From: Paraglomus brasilianum
Lineage: Eukaryota
Assembly (NCBI GenBank): GCA_910592345.1
Contig: CAJVPI010000004.1
Location: forward strand, 1 to 64,000
Direction: 5' to 3'
Length of the DNA: 64,000 bases
Numbering within the stretch: the first letter of the stretch is position 1; each line of letters opens with the position of its first letter. Shown piece after piece: positions 1-10,332 of this stretch. Under the pieces are notes generated by a model. The model was given only the letters and a program-made list of their open reading frames with translations. It did no database searches and was not told where the DNA came from. Position numbers and translations under genes: made by a program.

Positions 1-81
1 AAAGCAAAATGCACGTCACTCGAGTGTGTCGAAAAAAGCAAAACACACGTCATTCTCGGGTGGGTTATAGTCCATACTAAG

Positions 82-119
82 TGGTATAATTGTAGTCTAA
101 TTAGACTACAATTATACCA
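82..119. repeat. Perfect 38-bp palindrome with no spacer
   Basis: TGGTATAATTGTAGTCTAA (82-100) is followed directly by its exact reverse complement TTAGACTACAATTATACCA (101-119). Confidence 0.95.
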
Positions 120-524
120 TTAATGTTTTATATCTTAATCAATTTGGATGGCAATGATATGGCTCGAACAATGCATGCAAAAATTAGTCCATGGTGAGCA
201 CAGAATACTAAAGCAAAGCTTTCAACCATATGTAATTCATTTTGTCAAGCGTAAAATGTACTATTATTCTTCGTGCAAAGCGGTTGATCTTTTCCGTACT
301 ATATTAGTCACACGAGATTTCTCAATTTGCAAACTTGTATCATGTGACATAGATATGCATATTCAGGGATCGCCTGCGATATATTAATAAAACGCACGAT
401 TAATTAGGCGTCAGGGTTTTGCGTTCAGATCTTTCTATCAACAGCAAAGATCGGCAGCATCTCGATTTGGGAAAAAAGATCAGTTGTCGAGTTTCCTCCT
501 CCTGGTTACTTGGATCTTATATCA

Positions 525-3500
525 ATGGACGCAGAAGACGCATCCAATACGCATCCGACTTCTACAGAGTCTCCACAATCACAAAGACCTCGATCTCAGC
601 CTGCTGAGCGAAACCTAACTGTCATTCCACCATCTCAAATTCCTCACCAGCAAGGTGAGGAGAGCACATCAAGCGCATTTCCTTTCAACTCGCAATCAGT
701 TCCCATCAATACGAGCGGATTACGTAGGGCACGGTCATATTATTCGACTTCAATTCCGAACGAAGCAGTGCCTTGGAGCGCATTAAGGCGGTATAATGAT
801 GGGTCGTTCGTACAGTCGCCTGGTTTTGGGGATGTGGATGATTATTTTGGGTTTGGCCAGCTGGCACATAGTATGTCGCCCCGTGATGAGAGAGGTGGGT
901 TTGAGAGCATTGCAGATCATTGGATTAGGCAGAGAACAGTATCTGCGACTTCTGATGGTTCGAGTAACAGGTAAGGAATGAGATATTGTAAGAAGACTTT
1001 CGTAATTATGATACTACAATATTGTAGACAGAGCAAAACGAATCGGTTCAGTAGTAGCCGTGTGTTCTCCATAGACCTTTGACAATCGTTGACATAACAT
1101 CCGCATGATCTCCAAGCGCGCCTTCAACGATTCAAATCACATCACCCACTCTCTCTTCATTTTCTTATTTCTTTCATCATCCCCCATCTACTCAAAGATT
1201 CAATACCATTACATCATCGGAGCAAGTCTCACTTCTCAATTCGTTAGATTCTGATTCTGACTTCGATTATCGCGACTACGAGTCGTCTTCCACTCGCGAA
1301 CATCCCAACTTTCTCATCTCTACTTACCACCGCGTTAAGAAATTTTTCATGAAGAAATTATATCTGTCGCTAAGTGAAAAGGATGTAGTGAAATGTGCAT
1401 TGGCATATTTATTAGCTTCACTATTTACATTTGTACCAGCGTTGAATTCATTGTGCGATTTCGATCGAGATCGTAATTCGTATCTAGTTGCTGCGGTTGC
1501 CGTGTTCTTTAACCCTGCAAAGACACTGGGTGGAATATTTGAGGCTGTATTTTTTGCTATCGTTGCTGGACTTTACGGATGTTTGGTCGGAATAGCATCA
1601 ATGTCCTGTGCAGTCTGGTTTAATAACCATGATTTGCGTACATTGGGTCACGTAGTTAGTGTTTTGTGGTGTGGTGGAAGTATGTTTATCGTCGCTTATG
1701 CTAAGGCCAAGATGAACAAGCCTACTTTTAATAGCGCCTGCACCCTGGCAAGCATCATTATATTTATCACTATAGTGCGAGAAGGAAGTGTTCATCTCGG
1801 TGTATTTAAGCTGGATAAAATATTTCAAGTTACAAAGATTATTTTGATTGGAGTTGGAATAAGCTTTTTAGTCTCCGTGCTTGTGTGGCCCGTGAGCGCG
1901 AGCAAAAAACTCAAGTAAGAAAGAAAGAGCTCATAATTGCAGTCAACGAATGTTTTTTGCAGCTCTCAACTTGGCTGATTTCAATTTTCTTTCCCCATTA
2001 GGAAGGATATTGAACAGACATTAGATGGTTTTTGTCTTCTCCTCAAATTGCTCACCAAAGCTTTTCTCATAGACAACGTCAATTACACGGACGAGTCAGT
2101 ACAAAGAGCCATTGCCTCTCATCGAGCAACATTCACTTCTCTCATTACATCATTAAAGCAGGCCAGGCTGGAAATACACAACAGAGGCATGCAACGTCGA
2201 TTTGGCTTATATGAAGATGCAGTACAAGTGCTCCAACGCTTAGCTCAACATCTCAGTAGTTTACGAAGTTGCTGTGGTATAGAGTTGGAAATGATCAAAG
2301 ACATGGATAATCACAATTCCAAGCAAACCGTTCCATTAACCCCAACACGAACAAGTGGAGTGCATTTTGACGATGGCAATCTGCATCGTAGACCAAGTGC
2401 TCCTGCAGAGGAAGAGGAGTATGGTGACATAACCATTCTGCTTGAATTCATCCAATACGTTGGACCTCATCTGAAATCTCTTGCGTATACATGTAAGCGA
2501 ACTATGAAAGATCTTCAAGGCCAATTTTCTGAAACAAGACAAGGCCCGCCTGACTTTCCTCAGCTATATCAAAACCTCGAAGCAGCCCTTGCTCTATTTG
2601 AAACATCTCAGAGTCGCGCTGTTACACGACTATACAAACGGAAGACAATTATTGATCATTATGATGGGCGAGCGAATGAAGAGATTTTTTTAATATATTT
2701 CTTCGCATTCAATCTTCGAGAATTCACCAAGGAACTGGAAAGGTTGGTTGACGTGTTTGGAAAAATTTCCGACTCGGAGGAACGCGTCAAGGAGACACGA
2801 AGAAGGCGTGGGTGGTGGCGCTGGTTATGTTGGTGTTGTTACGGATGTGTCGATGAGCTTCAAGAGCCGAAATATAGATCGAAAACCACCAAGTCTCCCA
2901 TAGGGTTTCCGGAACACTCTCACAATCTTTTCGACACTATTCAGACGCCCAAACCAAAGACCAAATGGCAACAACTACAATTGAGGGTGTGGAAGAGACT
3001 ATCATGGTTTAGACAATTTGAAGTGAAGTATGCTACCAAAGCAGCTATTAGTGCTGCGATATTGTCGGCACCAGCATTCATTGATTATACTCGAGAAACT
3101 TTCGTGACGTATCGTGGTGAATGGGCTTGCATTTCGGTAGGTAACTGAATAACAGATAAGAAAAACAAGTTAGAATATAATTGCTAATTTACTATGATCA
3201 CGTCATAATCTAGATGATAGTAGTCATGGCTCCAACAGTAGGAAGTACGAATTTAAATAGTTTTTACCGCGTTTTCGGTACTCTATTTGGTTCCTACCTC
3301 GCCTTCATAGTCACCATACTCTTCCCGCCGAACGCTGCAGTTCTCGCTGTCACTGGCTTTCTAATCGCGATTCCGTGTTTTTATATTCTCCTTAATACGA
3401 AATATAATCGCATGGGCCAATTCATTCTGCTTACATATAATTTGGTAGCCCTATCATACAAGGAAAAAAATGTCTTGGACATTGCCCGTTACCGTGCAGT

Positions 3501-4416
3501 TGCAGTGGGTACCGGTGTTCTCTGGGGACTGTTAGTAACTACTTACGTATGGCCTTACGAAGCAAGAGTAGAATTGCGAAAAGGACTGAGTATGCTATTC
3601 GTAAATATGTCATGGCTATACAAGAAACTGGAAGCAGTATTTTCTGCATCACCTGAAAAGCCGGCTAATAGGACCGAGACAAGCGTTATGATGAATTCAG
3701 ATGATGGTGACCATTTGAACGAGTCGGCTAGGGAATTCTTGGATTTGGAGCTGTTCCTACAAGTGTCGTTGCTGAAACTATATGATCTTCTCAACGAGAC
3801 TTCTAATGAACCACGATTGAAAGGGCCCTTTCCTCAAACGTCATATAGAGAAATCATCAACAGTTGTCAGAATATTTTGGACAAGCTTTTATCTATGCGT
3901 ATTGCAGTCACTAAAGAAGAATGGTACGGTGCTATTAGGAGAGACTTTATTATTCCTATAAATAAGGAGAGAAGAGAGTTGGTTGGAAATGTGTTGTTAT
4001 ATTATTACACTCTTGCTGCGGCTCTCCAATTGAAGACACCATTACCTCCATACCTGCCTCCAGCTGAACAAGCTCGTCGTCGACTGATTAGGAGAATTCG
4101 AGAGTTGCCCGTTGTTAAACGGCGTATTATATATGGTAATGATGTACATTATATAGTATACTATGCGTATGCATTAGTGATGGAAGATGTCATTCGAGAG
4201 TTAGAGAAAGTGGGTAATATAATGCAAGAATTGTTTGGATGTATGGGAGGAGAGGAGTTTGACCTGTTCTTTACTACGGATGCAACGTCGAATGACGTTG
4301 GAAACGAAATGGGTGATACGCAAGGCGAAGAAGACAATGTCATTCATGCAACCGACCCTGATACCGTGAATATTGGAGCCGACCTCGATCGCGTTCGGAA
4401 CGAAACGGATAATTAG
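525..4416 (+). CDS. Aromatic acid exporter (ArAE_2/FUSC_2, ALMT-like) multi-pass membrane protein; 4 exons (~525-970, 1198-1914, 2002-3136, 3214-4416)
   Basis: ORFs 510-974, 1349-1918, 2048-3148 and 3214-4416 join in frame through GT..AG introns. Two TM bundles; motifs KCALAYLLASLFTF, YRGEW, RVFGT, WPYEARVELR, EPRLKGPFP, LPPYLP typical of this fungal family. Confidence 0.85.
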
Positions 4417-5014
4417 GCTAACAATCAGACAGTATGCCATTTAATAGTCAAAATTATGTCTATCTTTTTGGAATTTTTTTATTCAGATGTAGATAAACTA
4501 GAGGGTTTTCGTTTTTTCATAAGACGCATTTAAAATAAAAATCACATCCCCTCCATATGCAACTACTGTAGTGGTGATCACCACCATTTTAACCTGATCA
4601 CTGAAATTATCAAATCGGCAATAGTAATAGTAATAGTACGGAGTAACAAAGTGGTTTATGAGTCACGGGGATAATCTGATATTTGATGCATGCTGTTCCA
4701 CAGCGTGATATGCCGCAGCACGCGCGCTAATTTTAGTTCAGTAATACAGATATTAATTTAGTACAGGCGCAGCAACATGTCGCAAAATAAGTGACAGCAC
4801 CAACGCTAAATTAATTGCTCTTCATAGTATAGTAATTTGTAGAAACGTGTCGTTTTTTTGCGACGCAAAAGATATATAAGTAGCTCAATTTCCATAGTCA
4901 AAAGATCGTGTTGTATGTTACGTGTTGAATACGAATATTATTATTCGAATAAAAGTAATACTACTGATCTTGATAGTATTCTCCTTTATTATCAATATAC
5001 AGTTTATTTCTATC

Positions 5015-5380
5015 GTCGAAATAATTGATTATTAGACCTGACACTCCAAATAAACGGCTCCCTCAAGCTGTAACTGTGGTAGCGTTCCCCGGTCGGCGAA
5101 CACACCTACACGAAAGATAAATCTCTCTCCCAAAATTCCCATTTATTTCCCGACCGTAACGTAAACAAAGTTCAGTGCTATGACAACGGAAAAGTTTTTC
5201 AATATTTGGATCTTAATTCTGTGTTGGGAATTTTCTTTAAAAAATGAATGGTTTACAAAAATATAAACATTTTCTCTCAACCTGCTCAGATGGTTGCTAA
5301 TGGTGCTTTTACCGAATGAAAACTAGAAAAGCAAGCGTTTCTGAAATTACCAAAGAAATTAAATCTTTTTCCATCCTAGT
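5015..5380 (+). pseudogene. Decayed intronless ORF fragment of possible foreign origin; homologous to 38250-38925 (-)
   Basis: The frame from 5101 (HTYTKDKSLSQNSHLFPDRNVNKVQCYDNGKVFQYLDL...) stays open to ~5378 apart from two TGA codons. Nucleotide blocks align with the reverse complement of 38250-38925. Confidence 0.55.
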
Positions 5381-5519
5381 ATTAACGCCTCCTCCTTTGA
5401 ATTATTAAAGACATTAGTCCCAAGCCCAATATTGAATAATTTTTATATTAAATAAAAATTGTTAATTGCTTCTAGTTAAAATTTTTTCTCTTGATCTTAA
5501 TTCTTATTAAGTTGGTTTT

Positions 5520-6396
5520 CTAATTCAACCTTGGAGCTTTGTTCCACTTCCGATAATAAGCTTTGGGATCTCTTGGTTTTTCGGCTATTCTTTCATTTTC
5601 CATAAAACCCCTCATTTCTCTTTTTCCTTCTCCTCGACTCCGTCGTCTGTCTTGTTCAAAATTTAGACCGTTTTCCCAATAGTTATTAAAATCACATAGT
5701 CGTCGCAATTTAGGTTTCGCCAATTATTTTAATGCACTCTTGCATTACTTTACCCATTTGAGCTCAGGTTTCAAGATTTATGTCTTTTGGTAAACGATCT
5801 TTTGTTTCAATAACTGTGTAGCCTTTGCTATATCTCCGCGAAGTCTAGAAAACACCTTGCTAGCTTCAACATAAATCCCTTTTGAATTAGCTTTCAGAGT
5901 TTTGCTTACCTGTTCTGTTTCTTCGGCGCTTATTTTTGGCCGCTGAGTAGGTACCTTCGTTTATTTTATATTTGGGAACTAACCGACAGTAAAAGTAATT
6001 TTTATTTTGAAGGCCAAATTTCCCTACTGGCAATTCAAAAACCAGGAGGGGAATATACCCTATTTATTTTGGCAATATTATCCTTTAAAACAAAGAGCAT
6101 TCTCTTTGGCTTATTTCCCGAACAACTTTATTATGCTTCTTGGAAACAAGGACGCAATGTCCCTTAGCATTAGGTCTAATTTCGGAGTAAGTAGAAACAC
6201 TATTTCCTAAGCCAGTTACTAAGGCTTTGAGCAACGATTTTCCATCATCAGCGTTATTATTTAAGACTTTTACGGTATCATACATTACACATGCAGGCTG
6301 CGCGTTAGGATCGTGTTGACAATTATAAATCGGGACACCATTCACAATTCGCACAGTAACTACACTTATGGCTCATTCGAAATCGCAATTATTCAT
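5520..6396 (-). pseudogene. Run of decayed intronless AT-rich ORFs, possibly endobacterial (Mollicutes-like)
   Basis: ATG at 6396 reads MNNCDFE(TGA)AISVVT into ORF 6085-6354. Downstream frames QRPKISAEETEQVSKTLKANSKG and IETKDRLPKDINLET(TGA)AQMGKVMQECIKIIGE, then ORF 5520-5723. No evident splice structure. Confidence 0.45.
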
Positions 6397-6499
6397 AATT
6401 AAATGTCACTTTTGAAATTGTTATAGTAACAGTAAAGTAATTTCACAAAATAAAAAAAATAAAAAGATAAAAATAATTTATAATTCTACTCAACAAATG

Positions 6500-6845
6500 A
6501 CTGCTGGATTTATGTTTCCGTTTCCTTCTTGGTTCATCATAAGGTGGGGTTAATGCTCGTTTGTTGATTTTATTTTTCGTTCTTCTTGGTAAATTTCATA
6601 AGTGATTTTCTGTTTAGATATTTTGGGTATCATTGATTTTAAAAATATATGGAGCAATTTTTGGGTTCCATAGTGGATTTGATGTAAATTAATTTTATAT
6701 TAATATTTTTATATAGACATAGTCCTGTATTAATCACGTATAGTAATCGAAGTTTGCTACATAAATTTGGGTACAAGTTATTGCTGTGATAATCAAATGC
6801 TATTAGTCAGCTTTTAGTCACATCAGCCTCTCATTTATGTCACAT
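6500..6845. repeat. Diverged third copy of the dispersed repeat at 39525-40040 / 43150-43745
   Basis: Shares TTTTTCGTTCTTCTTG(g/a)TAAATTTCATAAGT and GGTATCATTGATTTTAAAAA blocks with 43320-43415 in the same orientation. Confidence 0.8.
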
Positions 6846-8375
6846 AATAAATGTTCACTTTGTCTGGTTTTGTTGCATGCAGTCTACCCCATATACACAG
6901 TGAAAGTCGATATAACGAGGTATGACTGCGGCTGTCAGCGCGACAGAACGATAGCAGAAATGACAGCAGAAAACGGCAGCGCTGTCAAGCGACAACAGGG
7001 TAATCAAATGCTGTCATAGTAGCAGAACAATAGTATACTGATAAATAGATAATTAGTAAGCGCTGCTAAAATTAGTGAATTCGAAAGATATAAAAGCAGC
7101 GCAAGTTTCAGCTAGTGTCGATGTGTTTGATCTTGGTTTTCATGTTATTATCACGAGTATCGCATTTTCTGAATATAATTATTATTCTTATTGATCGGTA
7201 TAGCGTAGAAATTCGCTAATCTCCATATCGACGAAGGATAATTGTCTCTTGTTCCACAATCCCTCGCTGACAAATTATGAACTTGCTAAAGAATCTGGTA
7301 TTTGCACTGTCAAGTTGTTCAAATTCTCCAGTAAAGAACATAAATGAGGGTTCTCTTGAGGCTAAGCTAAACAACAAACATCTGATTGTTACTACAATAT
7401 GCGAGCATGTTCTTTATGAAAAGTTTTTCTCATGCATCGCATCGCATCGCTTCACATTCACAAATCCATACCTGAATGAGCAGTATATACGACGTATCAA
7501 AGAATCAAAACAGGAGGAGTCACTCACCGATAAAGAAATCGAGACAAACTCGCGAATGTTAAAAACCAATTTTAAACATATACGCTCGACATTTTAGAAA
7601 ATATCTGAAGAATAAAACTGCTTCGGATTTATCATGGGATATCCCACTAGTCAGGTAATTTGGAAATGGTTAGCCCGTACAAGACTTCTTTATGGTAAGT
7701 AATTTCAGCTGATGTGCGGGCTTGCGCCAAAATATTCTATTACATTGTATTAATTGGAATTATTGTTTTTGAACCAATAGAATCCAGCAGAGCGTATGAA
7801 AGTAACAACTCCACCACTCGTTAAGGATGAATTACAGAATTGATAATGCTTTTCCCGTGTCTCTTTCTTATCTATTATTTTCTTTTGCTCGTCTTGTTCT
7901 GATTTTCATTCATGAAAGTATGTATATTGTTTTGAGTAAGTAAATGTTCCGAATAGTATAATACTGACCATATTCTACTGTTAGATTCGCTAAAACTATA
8001 AAGAAAATTCTAGTGTAGAAATAACGGACAATCTATTTGAAGCAATAAAGACCATTAATGGTTCGTACAATCTCTACAAGTATTTCTTTCGGTGTGAACA
8101 AATGACAGATGAGAAAATTGTCAAGTTCGTAAATGGTGAGAACCAGAAAATAACGAAGAGTCAGAATCCTTGGTGAAAGTAAATAACGCCTTGTGTCGAG
8201 TCAACAACCGCAACAATTAGTCCGTATCGTATCAACTCTAGACACTTATAGAAAGTAATTTGATTTTAAAGAGCTTGCAATTGTTTAATAAATATTAATC
8301 GGAATTAACTCGATGGTTTTTGACTATGGAATTCGACCCGTATTTATATCTTTTCGCGGTCGATAATTTTCTGCA

Positions 8376-8961
8376 TACACGTGAAACTCGATAATAATAA
8401 GTCGGCTGGGCATGGCTGTCCGGCTTATCGAGTTATCGAGAGACCAATAGGATTCATCGTAACACGATTTCCTTTCATGTCATAAGTTTTGTATTCACAT
8501 ATCGATATTGGGCAACTAATTTTCTTCTTTTCTTGCTTCCAAATTTACTGAACGTTTCTTCCGCGTTCACAATAATTAAACATTGATATTTATTAAAGAA
8601 TTCTAAAGGTTGGGAAATTAACCTTTTTTCCGAAATGCATTGTTTCGCAACAATACAAATAATCGTAAAAGGATTTATCATCAATAAATATATAATTTTT
8701 TACAAGAACATCCTTTCCAAACTATCAAATGAAATAGTAAAATCATCAATGATATAAACATTTAAGAACGTCTTTCTAAATCGCCAAATGAAATAACAAA
8801 TGATCGGTGATAACATAACTTTTAGGCTAAATGATAACCCGCTACTAAATTGGTAAAAATATTTATACAAATCACGTGAATCCAACTTAGCGACACTATC
8901 TGGCTGGCTTAATATTAACGAGAGTTTATATGTTGTCCGACTTATCGAGTTTCACGGTGTA
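8376..8961. mobile_element. Non-autonomous Tc1/mariner (pogo-like) element with terminal inverted repeats
   Basis: Left end TACAC-GTGAAACTCGATAA..GTCGG; right end CCGACTTATCGAGTTTCACGGTGTA; TA at both termini. Confidence 0.75.
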
Positions 8962-8995
8962 TATCTATCAGAAATTTTCGAATTTAAAATGTTAA

Positions 8996-9166
8996 TACAC
9001 AGGCAAACTCGATAAGTCGGTCTCTCGATGATTCAATTTTGGCCTAAGAAGGCCAAAACTTCCCAAGCCCTTTTCTCAGTTTTAATATTTAAAATCTCTC
9101 GATAAGTCGGTTCTCTCGATAAGTCGGTCCATCATGCATGACCGACTTATCGAGTTTGCCTGTGTA
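8996..9166. mobile_element. MITE (Tc1/mariner/pogo type) with perfect TIRs
   Basis: TACACAGGCAAACTCGATAAGTCGGTC ... GACCGACTTATCGAGTTTGCCTGTGTA: perfect 27-bp inverted ends including TA; internal CTCGATAAGTCGG repeats. Confidence 0.92.
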
Positions 9167-9479
9167 TCGGGTGGCACGAATTAGGCTTATTTTCTTGTAT
9201 TGTGTCACTTAATTCCGAAGTGTTACGGTTCGGATATCACGAAGAAATACGTCATCTTGGTGCAGTAAGGTAAATTTTTGCAAGATTCACCGTTTGTCGT
9301 TATCATCTGACGTTGACTTTGCGCAACAGCGATATCTTCGTTATCGTAACAGCATGATAACTGCATAAATAGCCAGTCAGCTATGAAAACAGCGCACAAC
9401 TGTAAAAAGAACTTTGTTTTATTTAAACGAAACTAAGTCTAACAACTAAGTTCGAAAACGATGCCTACTTTCCAAGTGA

Positions 9480-10030
9480 ATTCTGTCGGTTGGCTTCGTT
9501 TTGGCTTGTAATCACTCCACAATTAATTGTTACCCACCCCAACAATAGGAAATGTATCAGCGAACAAATTTACTTGAAACGATGTTGAACATCTGAAACG
9601 AAAAAACGAATTGGATCCAAAGTTCTTTTCGTTAAGAAAAATAAAAATAAATAAATACAGAAATACAGAAACGGAGAGGCAGTTCAGCGTTGGCCGTATA
9701 AATTTAAGTGATGATAGTGACAATATATTATTAGTGATAGTGACGATAGAGAAAATATGGGTTTCCCCGAACGATCAAAGCTTCTGTGTGAATCTTGTCA
9801 ATGCTAACAGATGGTTGCACACGGCTTGTTCAAATTAATTGGAAAACTAGAGACTTCCTTTAGTTATGCAATCTGTTGTCTGAAATCGTTATTATCCAAA
9901 GGATGGTGGATGGCGCTTATAATCCCCCGAAATTCTTATCGCCATTCACCATTTCTTTCAATATTATCCCTAAACAAGTGTATTTTTCCCCCCTCCACAT
10001 TCTCTTCACAAATCCTATTACTATTACTAT
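9480..10030 (-). pseudogene. Decayed intronless ORF remnant with short similarity to 6015-6110
   Basis: Minus frame RICEENVEGGKIHLFRDNIERNGEWR*EFRGIISAIHHPLDNNDFRQQ. CAATATTATCC(c/t)T..AAACAA block is shared with 6072-6100. Confidence 0.35.
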
Positions 10031-10332
10031 GACAATTTCTAATCATGGTGTCACTGCTTTTATCATTTTGTGTGCAGATGACAAAATAAATATGACGCGT
10101 TTGTAACTGTCATGTCGCACCGCACTACTAGGTATTGAACATCCTTCCTAAGCCAACACTATATACCGAAGGTCAAAAACTACTTCTAAATTCGTTTATA
10201 AGCAAAGCCCCAGGCTATTCGACTATCCCCTTACATAACTTTTCCTATTGATAAAAGTCGAGAATATCGACGTATCGCTTAGGCATACTTTATTCATATT
10301 CCCATACTTGTACTTTATAGGATCTACAGAGG

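Noticed and set aside
5075..5160. Conserved block as a structured ncRNA (CGGTCGG..CCGACCG stem)
   Set aside because: Homology with the 38-kb copy extends well beyond the stem and fits a protein frame with synonymous changes; no RNA family recognised (not fully excluded)
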